DNA from: Octopus bimaculoides
Taxonomy: Eukaryota
Direction: 5' to 3'
NCBI RefSeq assembly: GCF_001194135.2
Contig: NC_068996.1
Span: 23,153,250 to 23,217,249, forward strand
DNA: 64,000 nucleotides
Both the position numbers and the translations under genes were made by a program. The notes beneath the pieces are model-generated. The model searched no databases. It was not told the DNA's origin and saw only the letters and a program-made list of their open reading frames with translations. Shown piece after piece: positions 51,471 to 64,000 of this stretch (its first letter is position 1; each line of letters opens with the position of its first letter).

Positions 51471-52809
51471 ATATACACATATATATTACATACATATGAC
51501 TGAACTCTTTCTGTTAACCGGCACAAGCTCATCCGTAGGGCCAGTTGAAAAAATATATTTTTCATGGCATTTTAGAAATTTCGGTAAACTTCAAATGATG
51601 CGTTCTTAATGGAAAAATCTGACGGAGATAAAACTATAAATAATAGCATGTTGATAAACATTATGTTTAATAACCCTTTCTACCCGTAGGACTGAACCCA
51701 CATTCTATATAAACATGACAAACGTTCTACCATTGGATAGGCAGCTTTCGAGTTTTTTCTTATCTGAAGGTCTTTTTTAACCCAATATTTATTTACATGC
51801 TATTATTTATAACTTTATCTACTTCAAGTCCTTCCATTAAAAACGAATGCTTCTTTCACTCTATTTGCATCCCACTTGTATTGAATAGTCCTTTGAACGA
51901 TGTGTGAGCGCGTGTACACGTACATATGTATATATTAAACATGAGTATCTGTCTGTCTTTCCACCTGGCTATTTTTAATTATTTATCTATTTATTAACTT
52001 TTACAATGAAAAAGTTGACAGTGACATCAGAATGATTGCGGCTCGCAATTCGACTTCGAAGTAACTGTCATCCTTCTTGTAAAAAGTTAACTATATACTC
52101 TATCAGATAAAAGAAAAAAGGATCCTTCAATCTAAAGTTTGATTTCATATATAACTCGACATAAAAACATCAATCACTCAATCATTCTACGCAAAGACAC
52201 GTCAATAATTTTATTTTAATTTTGCAGATGTTGGGAACTACTGGATAGATAAAAATCTGTTTTTAAAAAATCATGTTCTGTTTTTAAAAAGAATCATCGT
52301 TACTAGCAATTTAAAAAATATTTATTTGCTGTTTAATCCCCAGGTATAACCACGACCGAACAGACCTTTCATCAAAGGCATTCCAACCGTGTCCATCCTG
52401 TCTTTTTTTATACCTTGGCATTGTGTATTTTGTCACTCCCAGTTTTAAAGATAGCTTAATTTTGCTGCTATTACTAACAGGTCTAACAACTCTCTTAAAG
52501 GTAGCGAGCTTAGTTTCAAACAACAAAGCTTGTTGCTGGTCACATACTTATCAAACCACCTATCCATTCAGTTATTTCACTGATGGTGGCAGCAACATCA
52601 ACTACATTTACTGTTGTCACAGCAACTGCTGTTGTAGTTATACACAGTATATACTATACCGGGATATATTGTTATATAGTTCTTTTATCCTTTACTTGTC
52701 AGTCACTGGACTGTAATCATGCTGAGGCATAGCCCTTCAAAGCTTTTAGTCGAACAAATCGACCCCAGTACGTTTAAAAAAAAAATCGACACCCGGTTGT
52801 CAGTCGTAG

Positions 52810-53400
52810 TTGGGTAGAGAAACACAAGCGCGAACAATACACACGTCAAGCTTCTTTCAGTTTCTGCCCATCAAATCCACTCACGAGACTTTCGTCAGCC
52901 CGGAGACTAGGATAATGGAAGACACTTTCCCAAGGTGTCGTGCAATGAGACTGAATTTGAGACAATGTAGTTGGGAAGCAAATTTCTTCCACAGAGCCAT
53001 GCCTGTGCTTGTATTTATCAAGTGTATATACACACACACAATTGGCGTAGCTGTGTGTTAAGAAGTTTGCTTCCCAACCAGATGGTTCCGAGTTCAGTCC
53101 CACTGTGTGGCACCTTAGGCAAGTGTATTCTACTATAGCTTCGGGCTGACTAAAGCCTTGTAAGTGGATTTGGTATATATATATAAATATATACATACAC
53201 ATATATATATTTGTGTGTGTCTGTGTTCGTCTCCCACCATTGCCTGACAACCGATGATGGTGTGTTTACATCTTCATGACTTAGTTCGGCAAAACAGATT
53301 GATAGAATAAGTACTAGACTTATAAGGAATAAGTCCAGGTGTTGATTTGTTCAACTAAAGGCAGTGCTGCAGCATGGCTGCAGTCAAATGACTAAACAGA
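52810..53400. mobile_element. Head-to-head pair of CORE-type SINEs
   Basis: Minus copy ~52810-53000, plus copy ~53045-53400. Confidence 0.75.
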
Positions 53401-54114
53401 TAAATGAATACACACACACACACACACACACTATATTATATAATATAAAGACATACATGCATATATATTGTAAAGACCTCTTGACCCTTTGTGTATAATA
53501 CAAGAAGTTTAATACAAAACACCAGAATCAAAATTAGGTAAAAGTATTATATTTCTGTAAAAAAATGTATCCACAAATAGGTATAGAGGGTAGTGGTTTT
53601 TACATTTGACATTACATTGTAATGGAGAGAGTAAGTGCAGAAATGTATTTGAACATAGCCACATGTCCTGTAAAACCTTTTTATAACAATCGTTTTAAAT
53701 GAATTAATGAATGGATGGAGCCCTGGTGGTAAATAAATGAAACAATAATTATCTTAATTATTTTATCTAATCTCTGTTAGGTTCCATTTTATGTTCATGA
53801 TGTTGGTTGTATGCTACTCTCATTAATAATTATTAATGAGAGAAGCAATAATAGTCGCAATCCTCTTCAGCTGTTAAAGGCTGATTAAATTTTTTAAGTC
53901 TTGCAGTACTATGCTATCAAAATGCAATAAAAGTAGCAGAACATAGAATAGGAATACAAGACATTTATTTCAGTAAATAAATAAAAGTGAGAGGAAACAG
54001 AACATCTCTCTCTCTTTCTCTCTCCCCCTCCCTCNNNNNNNNNNNNNNNNNNNNNNNNNNNNNNNNNNNNNNNNNNNNNNNNNNNNNNNNNNNNNNNNNN
54101 NNNNNNNNNNNNNN

Positions 54115-54156
<42 letters not shown>

Positions 54157-55559
54157 AATTCTACAAGTTAGCTTCAATTCATGAGACTGAAACTTTAAGT
54201 TGCATGGAGCTGAATCAAACAGTTATGAAATAATATATGTAACTTCTACCAAATGTGTTCAGTGATACCTTCTACCCACAAAATTGTGTGTGTGTGTAAA
54301 TATATATATATTTATAATCCATTATCTTCAGTCCAACAAAATATATTTTGTGAATGGATGTCACTGTCACTCAAGATGAGTCCTTCATTCCTAATTTTCA
54401 TTGAAAATGTATCTGTTTATGAGGAATATTACCCTACATGGAAACAAGTGTGGGTTGGTGACAGAAAGAGCATCCAGTTGTAGAATATCTACCTCAGCAA
54501 AATTGCATCTGACCAATAGTAATATTGAAAAAGTGGATGCAAAAATGATATTTTTTACTCTACTTCTTTATACATTCTCCATTAAAATCATGACTCTTTG
54601 GTGTTACCTACATCGAGCAGTGTAGTAACATACTTTGAGGATTATATACCACTTTGAGAATGTACACCATATATATATATATTTATGAATGGAATGAAGG
54701 AAATGTACAACTGACATAAATTGAGATGAAACCTTAATAATGCTTAGAATGTTGTTCAAAAATATACTTCTATCAAAAAGTCATTCAGTGAACAACTTTC
54801 AACCTGCATCTATCTATGCTTGTAATAAACTCTACTTGAATTGCATTTCAAAATTTTTATTCTAATCTAATTTGTTGGTTTTGCTTCATGAGGATAAATT
54901 TACTTTTTATCTATTTTCTTTTTTCATTATTCTTGACATGAAACTTGAAATTAATATAACTGAGATTTTTTTTTTTTTGGCTTAAATTTGTGTGAAATCT
55001 GCTGAATGGATAGGAATTTGGCATGGAATGAAAAAAAAAACAAAAAAAACCTGAAAATTGAAATATATCAGATTCAATGGAAATTTGAATTTGAATCAAT
55101 AATGAGTTTCACTTTACTTTTCAAAGTTGAATCAATCCATCCTTTTTTTTCCACCCCACTATTCCACCAAAAACGGCACTATGTAAAAGGGTTCAAAATA
55201 GAGATTTTTTTTCTATCTCTTTTTTTTTTAAATTCAAGATTTGAGTTTTAAATTTCAGAAAATTGATCTTCCAATTCCAATTTATGAAAATATTCATTAA
55301 AAAATTTTGTTATAATGAAAACCTGCCACAGGTAATTTCGTGTTTAACATGATATTTTGGGCAAGTATCTTCTACTGTAGCTCTCAGTGACCAAATGCCT
55401 TGTGAGTGAATTTAGTAGACAGAAACTGTGTGATTGAAGCCTTTTATATATACTGGGTGTCACACTCTAATCTTTCATCATCTGACACAAGATCACCTCC
55501 TCTAATGCCCCCTCCCCTCTCAAAAATTTCTTGTCTGTAAGTTACTTGGTGATTCTGCC

Positions 55560-55952
55560 AGTGTTGGTGCTATGTAAGAAGCAATCAATCCACACTATAA
55601 AGTGGTTGACATTTGGAAGGGCATCCAGCTGTAAAAACCATACCAAAACTGATCTCACCTGTGATGGTGCCATGTAAAAATCACTCAGTCCACTCTGCTG
55701 GGTGGTTGGTGTTAGGAAGGCAATCCAGCTGTAAAAGCCATACCAAAACTGACCTCATCTGTGCTGGTGCCGCGTAAAAAGCACTCAGTCCACTCTGCTG
55801 GGTGGTTGGTGTTAAGAAGGGCATTCAACCATAAAAACCATGCCAAAACAGACACAGAAGCCTAGTGTAGTCTTCTACCTGGCTGGCTCCTGTCAAACCA
55901 TCCAATCCATGCCAGCATGGAATGTGGATGTTACACAATGATAATGATGATG
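55560..55952 (+). mobile_element. RTE-tail element with three ~98-bp internal tandem units
   Basis: GGCATCCAGCTGTAAAA-type motif near 55620, 55718 and 55818. Ends CCATGCCAGCATGG...(ATG)n. Confidence 0.7.
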
Positions 55953-56452
55953 TATATATATGCATATAGATACAAATATACACATCTATACACACATACA
56001 CACACTTATCAGTAAATATCCTGGAATCATGTAGACAGTTAGTGTAATAAAATAAATTATGTAATATACTGTTGTGCACATGAATTTAATGCATTCTATA
56101 TGACCATGTATTTTAAACTTTACTCTAAAATACTTTTTTGTAGTTTATAAAAGGCAAGACTTAAAATATTCCTTGTTCATGAAAGATAAAAGCTAAATAA
56201 TATAAAAAGAAAAAAACCCCAAAAAACTTTGCAGCAGTTCAAAATATATATTTTCATTTGCAAGATGAAACAAATCTGATAACAAAGAATGCAGAACAAA
56301 TTTCAATTTTTCATTATTTCATATATTATTATTTTTGTGCAAGTATAGAAAACTTTATTGTAAAAGAAACAATGAGTGGCCTTATTTCAACAGAATTCTT
56401 TAACATTTTATAGAAACTCTTGAAGAGCAGTGTGGTGTGGTGGGGAGCTTGT

Positions 56453-56690
56453 TTAACTCTTTTGATACCAACCTGAGACTGCTCCTGGTTCTATGATGCA
56501 ATAAAAAAAAAAAAATTTCCTATTTTAATGTGATCTAAATTAAAACCTTCCATCAAAAATTTCATGTTGATTTATGTCCGAAACACCAACTTAATGATAA
56601 CAAAGTTATTTTGCTAAATTCTTTATTGCTTTTAAAATTAATTGAAACAAAAAACATTTCAACAAAAATATTGTAGCAAGAGGGTAAAGT
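56453..56690. mobile_element. piggyBac-like MITE family A, degenerate, followed by a partial tandem unit
   Basis: Similar to 60919-61138; related 3' halves at ~56690-56840 and ~58890-59080. Confidence 0.55.
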
Positions 56691-57247
56691 GATCTAAATT
56701 AAAACTTGTCATCAGAATTACACATTAATTTATGTTCTAATAACAAAATCATTTTACTAAATTCATCATTGTTTTTAAAATTAATTCATTATTTCCAGAA
56801 TAAAGGAAATGTATCTAAACACAAATATGGTAAACAAAAGTTGGGTGGGGTTCAAGTGTAATGACTGAAAGGTCTTTATGTTTACAAACTATTTATTGAC
56901 CCAAAGAAATATCATTTTATTATCTAAATACAAGAATTTTGCTTTGAGATTTGTAAAAAATTTTAAATCAGCAAGCATATTGAAAAAGATAATAATTCCA
57001 CTTTAGATGTCATTGAACAGACAAAAAAAAACGCAGAGATGTTATTCTACTGTTAATAATAGCATTGCTTTTAGCCAGTGGAAATATAATTTTTGTAAAT
57101 TTCTGTCTATGTATATTGTAAATCCATATCAAAGTATGGTGGAATAATGTTCTTAGATAATCATGTTCTTGCATATGTGAATGAATCTCTGTGCATACCT
57201 TCAGTTGCATATTACTATAACTAGACGCCCCGCCCCACACACACACA

Positions 57248-57464
57248 CACGAGAGGGTGCTGAAAAGTTCCAAGCTTTGAGTAAAATAAAATGCAAGATT
57301 GGTTAATTATGATTTTATGCAACATTTTCCCCTCTCAGATTCACACACTTATTGCAGTAGTCCTTCAGTTTTTCTAAGCCCTGTAAAAGAACTCAGGAGG
57401 TTGGGCCTCCAACCAAGCCTTACGTGACATCCTTAAAGCCAGGAACTTTTGGGTTCCCCCTCAT
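57248..57464. mobile_element. Mariner-type MITE, copy 2
   Basis: Colinear with 24983-25203. Confidence 0.8.
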
Positions 57465-57478
57465 GTGTGTGTGTGTGC

Positions 57479-57509
<31 letters not shown>

Positions 57510-57881
57510 CATACACACACACAGTTATCTAAGCATAAAACTACATAGTAATATCCTTTGATCTGACAAACTCTCTGTTTGTTTGAATATTTTGAACTAT
57601 TTAGGTCATTGTTTAAAATTTTAAAGCTTTAATATATTGCATTTGAATATATTTTTTCTTTTTGCATTATCTGACATCTAATTTTGTAATTTTGTGAGGC
57701 ACAATGGTTATAAGATTCAAGACTACTGACAACATCAGTCATAAATTCAGATCTTATCAGTCAACCATGCTGAGAGATTTGCAAAGGAAAAAGCAGTTAC
57801 ATGTAAAACAATTTCTTCAACATATATATAAGTACAAGCATAATTGTGTGGTTAAGAAGTTCACTTCAAAACTACATGATT

Positions 57882-58115
57882 TAATCCATTAGTATTTAAA
57901 TCGGCAACATCCAGCTCTAAAATATTCAATGTTATTTATATCTTAAACTGGCTAGATTTGGCCTCTCACACCTTCCCAACACTATCATAAAAATAAACAA
58001 TCACTTTGTTGAAATTTCAAAGCTATGAGATGAGGTAATGTACAATTAATTCAAAACAAGGTGAACAGATGTAAGCATTATATTTGACAAGAGTAATCTG
58101 AGTGAGAAAGAGTTA
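57882..58115. mobile_element. piggyBac-like MITE family B, degenerate
   Basis: Colinear with 60447-60668; ends resemble CCCTTTAGCATT / AATGCTAAAGGG. Confidence 0.5.
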
Positions 58116-60319
58116 TATGGTTCACTTCCACTATGCTGCCACTGTTGGCTGGTTATTCCTACAGTAGCTGCATACTGACTTGTGTATTGTGAAATTTAGT
58201 GGATAGAAATTGGAACAAGCCTGTTGTGTGTAGCAGGTTGGTGGGGAGAGGGAGGGAGAGAGAGAGGGAGAGAGAGCATGCCATGTATGTGATGCCCTTC
58301 TCTTGAAATGTGTGTTCTAATTGTAAACAAAAGTCACCTTGTGTACAATCCGTTCGGGGAATCATGCCCTGCCATTGCAACATTTGCTGTTTGAAGGACA
58401 AAGGGAAATAAATATTGTTTTATTTTTTTTGGAAGCAAATGAGTTTTGGTGACATGAAGCCCCAGCATCTGGCTATAGAAAACTCTGCTTCAACAAAACT
58501 AATTTGAGGCAGGCAAACATTGATTGAGAAAACTGACACTAATGACAAACCATCCTATGCATGAGCTGTCTTTCTGATTTCACGGTCATTAATTCAGATC
58601 TTGCTAATGTCATTGTATTGTGTCCCTGAAGCTGCTAGCCCAAAATGATATTTCCTGCAATTTAGATCACTTAAGAAAGAAAGAAAAAAAAATCTCTCTA
58701 CTCCCTGCATCGTGATTCAGTAACTTGTGGTAGGACAAATATAAACTGTCTTACCCATGGGCATGGAAAAATAGATGTTAAAATGGTAATAATTTTTGAG
58801 TTTATACAAAAGGAGATGTAACTTAATATATTTTGGGCAAATGTAAATGTAGATTCAATAAGGAATGGCATCCAGCATTGGAAACTAGTGTTTCAACAAA
58901 AATATGGTAGCAAAAGGGTTAAAGTGATCAAAATTAAGATCTTCCATCAAAATTTCATGTTTAATATATATATTCCAAATACCAAATGACAAAGTTGTTT
59001 AACTAAATTTTGCATTATTTTCAAAATTAATTGAAACAAAGGCTGCACATTTGAATAGAAATATGGTAACAAATGGATTAATGGGTTTAAGAATGTTATT
59101 ATTTCAAGCTAAACATACTTGATGTATTTAACTTTTTCTTGATATAATAAAAATGTGAAAAGCTGGTGTTGTATCACTTTTAGTGACCTATTCAGTCTGT
59201 TGTGGATAGAAGAAAAATAAAAGCTGTTGTATATATTTTGAATGTTGTTAGTATAGAAATGAACATTTCTAGTGAATCAAGTCTGTTACATTGTTTTTTC
59301 TATTCCGGTTGCCTTATAACGAATTTTATTCACATATCAATGTTATTCATTAAGAATGGCATAAACAATATATCATTACATTTCTTTTTCATTATGAATT
59401 TCCTTTCTACATCATTAATTTAATGCCTGCTTTTCCATGCTAGATTTGAGTTTTATTGAGGGTAAATTTCCTATGACCAGATGCCCTTCCTGTCACCAAC
59501 CCTCACCTGTTTCTAAGCAAGGTGATTTTTCCCTCCTGGCCAGACATGTTCTTGCAGAATATTGAATGACACTGCTTGAATAATAGCGACACTCATTTAC
59601 AGCTATCAGGTCGTAAACAAGGAGACACAAACACAAATACATGCACTCTCACAAATATATGATGGTCTTCTTTCAGTGTCTGTTTACCAAATTCATTGAC
59701 AAGGCTTTGGTTAACTCTGGACTATGGTAGATGACACTTACCAAAGGTGCTTTGCCAGAACCAAACCCAGCACCATGTGGTTGGGAAGCAAACTTCTTAC
59801 CTCACAGCTCCACACCTGTACCTACATGAAACTAGCATGTGCTCTTGATAGGAATTATATTTACTAATCATATCAATATATCTATCAGAGAACATCTTTT
59901 ATCATTTACTTACTTCAGTCAATGGACTGTAGTTAAGCTGGAGCATTACATTAGACGTTTTAATCTCATAAATCAACCCTAACCCTTATTTCTGATTTAA
60001 GTTTGATACTTTTCCTCTCTGTTTTGCTGGACCACTAAATCACTGACATATAAACAAACCAACACCAATTGTCAAGCAATTCAGGACATACACACACACA
60101 CATTATGGTCTTCCAAACAGTATCCTTCTACCAAATTCTCTAACAAGGCATTTGTTGGCCAGGGGTTATAGTAGAAGACAGTGAGATTGAACCCAAAACT
60201 GACATGATTATAAACTGAAGTTCTTAACCACACAGCCATGCCTGCACCTATAAGAAAATTTTTTTGTTTTATTTTGTGTTTTGTTTATATAAAATTATCC
60301 ACGATATCAGTATTGCCAT

Positions 60320-60357
60320 AATTAATTGTATTCTTTTTCTATTATTTTCAGGTAAGT
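60320..60357 (+). promoter_or_regulatory. Candidate recursive splice site (AG|GTAAGT)
   Basis: TTAAT branch-like motif, TTCTTTTTCTATTATTTTCAG acceptor, immediately followed by consensus donor GTAAGT at 60352-60357. Confidence 0.4.
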
Positions 60358-60446
60358 AATGAATCTTGAGATTAACCTGTCCGTGTTTGGTAAGTTGCAT
60401 GATTATCTATGATTTTTTATTCACAAGATAACAAAAACTGTACAGT

Positions 60447-60668
60447 TTATCCTTCAGCATTTAAACCTGCCATATCAACCCTGAATATTGTACCTGTTTT
60501 CATGTTCAAACTAGCCAGATCTGGCCTCTTACATCTATCGTACAATGTCATTCTAAAAATAAACAATCACATCAACGAAATCTTGAAGCTATGAGATAAT
60601 GCACGATTAATTCAAAACAATGTGAATAAATAAGCATTACATCTGACGAGGTAATCTGAGCCAGGGAT
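60447..60668. mobile_element. piggyBac-like MITE family B
   Basis: Colinear with 57882-58115. Confidence 0.55.
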
Positions 60669-60918
60669 ACTGAATCAACATGTCTATTACCATAATTGAT
60701 GGTGGTTTTGTCTAGCTTTCTCTCTCTCTCAGCTCCGATTGAACAGAACTAAGACCAAAGGAATTCAAGTTATGACCATCCATTTTACTCTCTAAGCCAA
60801 ATATATCTTTTTCTAAGATGGTGCCCTATGTTGTGCAAACATTAACCTTGTGAGTCAATGTTGAATCAGAGTGTCTAATGTTGAGTCAATATGTCTAATG
60901 TTGAGTCAACATGTTTAA

Positions 60919-61138
60919 CCCTTTCGTTACCAACCCAGCTGAAACCGGCTCTGATTCTGAGTACAAATGTCTTGTTTTTCTAAGTTTTGAATTAAAATCT
61001 TCCACCAAACCTTAGTCACAATTTATGTTCCTAACACTAGCTGAATGATAACTAAGTTATTTTACTAAATTCTCTGTTATATTTTAAATAATTGAAAGAA
61101 ACACAGAGCATCTCAAAATAAATATAGTAACAAAAGGG
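60919..61138. mobile_element. piggyBac-like MITE family A
   Basis: TTAA|CCCTTTCGTTAC ... GTAACAAAAGGG|TTAA. Confidence 0.85.
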
Positions 61139-61253
61139 TTAATGTTGAATCAATACTGCTAATATAACTAACAGCTCTACCACTAGGTCAAGGGATCTAA
61201 TGTTAAGTCAGCAGGTCTAACATTGAGTCAACAGATCCAACATGTCTAATATT

Positions 61254-61457
61254 GGTTTCAAATTTTGGCACAAGGCCAACAATTTCGTGAGTGGTGGTGG
61301 CTAAGTTGATTGCATTGATCTCAGTGCTCAACTGGTACTTATTTTATTCACCCCAAAAGGACAAAAGGTAAAGTCAACCTTCGTGGAATTTGAATACAGA
61401 ATGTAAACATGGATGAAATGTGCTGCTGTACTAACAGTTCTGCCAACTTGCCAGCTT
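61254..61457 (-). mobile_element. Meta-type SINE with 16-bp TSD
   Basis: TSD CAACATGTCTAATATT at 61238-61253 and 61458-61473; reverse Meta domain. Confidence 0.8.
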
Positions 61458-62804
61458 CAACATGTCTAATATTCAGTGACATCTCTTAGCCATTTAGCTA
61501 TGAACAAAATGTATGAACAATTTATGTTTTATTTTTAGGTTATTAAAACCATCTTTCTGTAAAGGCAGCCATATTGAGTTACAGAGCTCACAAGCTCACA
61601 CATATACAAAAGCATGCAATCATGCATATATATTTTACTACTTCAAGTAGCCACAACTGAGATGTGTATTACTATGTCTTGCCAGGAATTTTTGTTTCTC
61701 TTTTTTCTTTGGTAGACCCTCAGTTTGTGTTTCTTCTATCAGTAGCATCAATGTAGTAGAGTAGTATTCTTCATCTATTAGACCGCAGAAATCTCCAAAG
61801 CTGTAACATCTAATATAGACTATTGTTCAATAGGATAGCAAGCCAACTCTGGATAGAATAACAATAGAAGAGCTTAAATGTGTCTATAAATCTCTACTTT
61901 AGTCTTGTGTTCACACCATGAGATGCTTTGAACCCCCATGAGAAGTCTGGAGTATGTGCAATCAAGGTGATTTTAAAAGTTCCTTCTTCATAATCTAGAT
62001 TTTGGGTCCATAAAGAAAAATGTTACACACACACACACACAGTGGTACACCATACATAGGTACAAGCACGAAGATTCCATTTGTTCAAAANNNNNNNNNN
62101 NNNNNNNNNNNNNNNNNNNNNNNNNNNNNNNNNNNNNNNNNNNNNNNNNNNNNNNNNNNNNNNNNNNNNNNNNNNNNNNNNNNNNNNNNNNNNNNNNNNN
62201 NNNNNNNNNNNNNNNNNNNNNNNNNNNNNNNNNNNNNNNNNNNNNNNNNNNNNNNNNNNNNNNNNNNNNNNNNNNNNNNNNNNNNNNNNNNNNNNNNNNN
62301 NNNNNNNNNNNNNNNNNNNNNNNNNNNNNNNNNNNNNNNNNNNNNNNNNNNNNNNNNNNNNNNNNNNNNNNNNNNNNNNNNNNNNNNNNNNNNNNNNNNN
62401 NNNNNNNNNNNNNNNNNNNNNNNNNNNNNNNNNNNNNNNNNNNNNNNNNNNNNNNNNNNNNNNNNNNNNNNNNNNNNNNNNNNNNNNNNNNNNNNNNNNN
62501 NNNNNNNNNNNNNNNNNNNNNNNNNNNNNNNNNNNNNNNNNNNNNNNNNNNNNNNNNNNNNNNNNNNNNNNNNNNNNNNNNNNNNNNNNNNNNNNNNNNN
62601 NNNNNNNNNNNNNNNNNNNNNNNNNNNNNNNNNNNNNNNNNNNNNNNNTTCAGTAAAAACCATTCAGAATATATAGATTATGATTATACTGAAATTTAGT
62701 ATGGCAAAAAAAAATATCTTAGTGGACTCATACATACTGACTAACACACTTCACATGTAACTACAAAATGAAACATGAAATTTTGAAAAAAAAATTGTGT
62801 GTCA

Positions 62805-62842
<38 letters not shown>

Positions 62843-62894
62843 TTTTTTTTATTTTCCTATTAAATTTTGATAGAATCGTAATCTACAATATCAC

Positions 62895-63450
62895 TTGACA
62901 ACCGATGCTGGTGTGTTTATGTCCTCGTAACTTAGCGGTTCAGAAAGAGACTGATAGAATAAGTACTATGCTTACAAAGAATAAGTACTAGAGTCGATTT
63001 GCTCGATTAAAGGTGGTACTCCAGTATGGCTGTAGTCGAATGACTAAAACAAATAAAAGAATAGAAAGAATATATATTTGTTATTTTTTTATCTTTTACT
63101 CGTTTTGGTTATTAGACTGTGACCATGCAGGGGCACCAACTTGAAAAATTTTTAGTTGAATGAATCGACTCCAATCTTTTTTTGTCTGTAAGCCTTGTAT
63201 CTATTCTATCAATCTGTTTATTGAACTGCTAAGTTACAGGGACATAAACACACTAATCCCAGTTGTCATGCATTGGTGAGGGAACACACGCTAACACAAA
63301 GGCACACATTTTTTTTGTCTACCAGGACCCAATGCTTATAGTAGAAGACAACTACCAGAACTTGCCATGCAGTGGGAATGTCTGGGAGTGAACCTGGAAC
63401 CATGTGGTTGGAAAGCAAGCTTCTTACCACACAGCTCTGTCTGCCCCTAT
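62895..63450. mobile_element. Tail-to-tail pair of CORE-type SINEs
   Basis: Plus 3' half ~62895-63065; minus diverged copy ~63095-63450. Confidence 0.7.
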
Positions 63451-64000
63451 ATATATATATATATATATATTCATTTATATTTATATAAGGGCATTACTAC
63501 AGAATAATGCCACACACTAGACTTCCCAAATAAACACATTTTAGTACCGAATGCCAGGAAAAGCAACCCTTAAAAAAAACCCAAACTTTTTTTAAAAAAT
63601 AAACTCAACTATATATCGAACGATTTCACGATTACCAGAATAAAATCTGGCTTTCGCTCGTCAGTATAGTACGGTAGAGATATATAAAAGTAAACAAAAT
63701 CCTCACCTTACCAAAACGNNNNNNNNNNNNNNNNNNNNNNNNNNNNNNNNNNNNNNNNNNNNNNNNNNNNNNNNNNNNNNNNNNNNNNNNNNNNNNNNNN
63801 NNNNNNNNNNNNNNNNNNNNNNNNTATATAACCATAGTATCATAACTATTGTTAATATCACACACATACATATGTGTGTGTGTGTATGATGTGATGTTAA
63901 ACAGTTATGGTACTGTGGTAAGCTCAGGATTGAAGGAAAATAGTTATCATCCACAAGAAGTGGTCAATAGCAGAGTTTGATACAAAAGTTCCCATTTGGT

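Noticed and set aside
53817-53842. 26-bp perfect palindrome CTCTCATTAATAATTATTAATGAGAG
   Set aside because: Short and AT-rich with no associated element; real but uninformative.

Overview
AT-rich, gap-rich (13 N-runs) animal genomic DNA made almost entirely of transposon relics and (TA)n/(CA)n/(GA)n microsatellites. The SINE families resemble those I recall from coleoid cephalopods, so Octopus is likely (inference). No complete host protein-coding gene, rRNA, true tRNA or CRISPR array is supported. The window holds many tRNA-derived SINEs (CORE-, Meta- and Nin/Deu-like) and LINE fragments (CR1 RT, RTE, R4/Dong, a gag/ORF1 zinc knuckle, Penelope-like). DNA elements include a Helitron with both termini and an N-terminal ORF, Merlin and hAT transposase relics, and hAT, mariner, piggyBac and MULE-type MITEs. 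Best leads: (1) a type I hammerhead ribozyme inside a ~260-bp cassette bounded by 38-bp inverted repeats (34846-35103); (2) a MULE-like MITE family with 9-bp TSDs and variable (CCCTAA)n/(TTAGGG)n arms (42707-42959, 46572-46764); (3) an unclassified promoter-like insert splitting a CR1; (4) a candidate recursive splice site and a homeobox-like exon relic. All family assignments come from recalled motifs, not database searches. Boundaries of degenerate copies are approximate.
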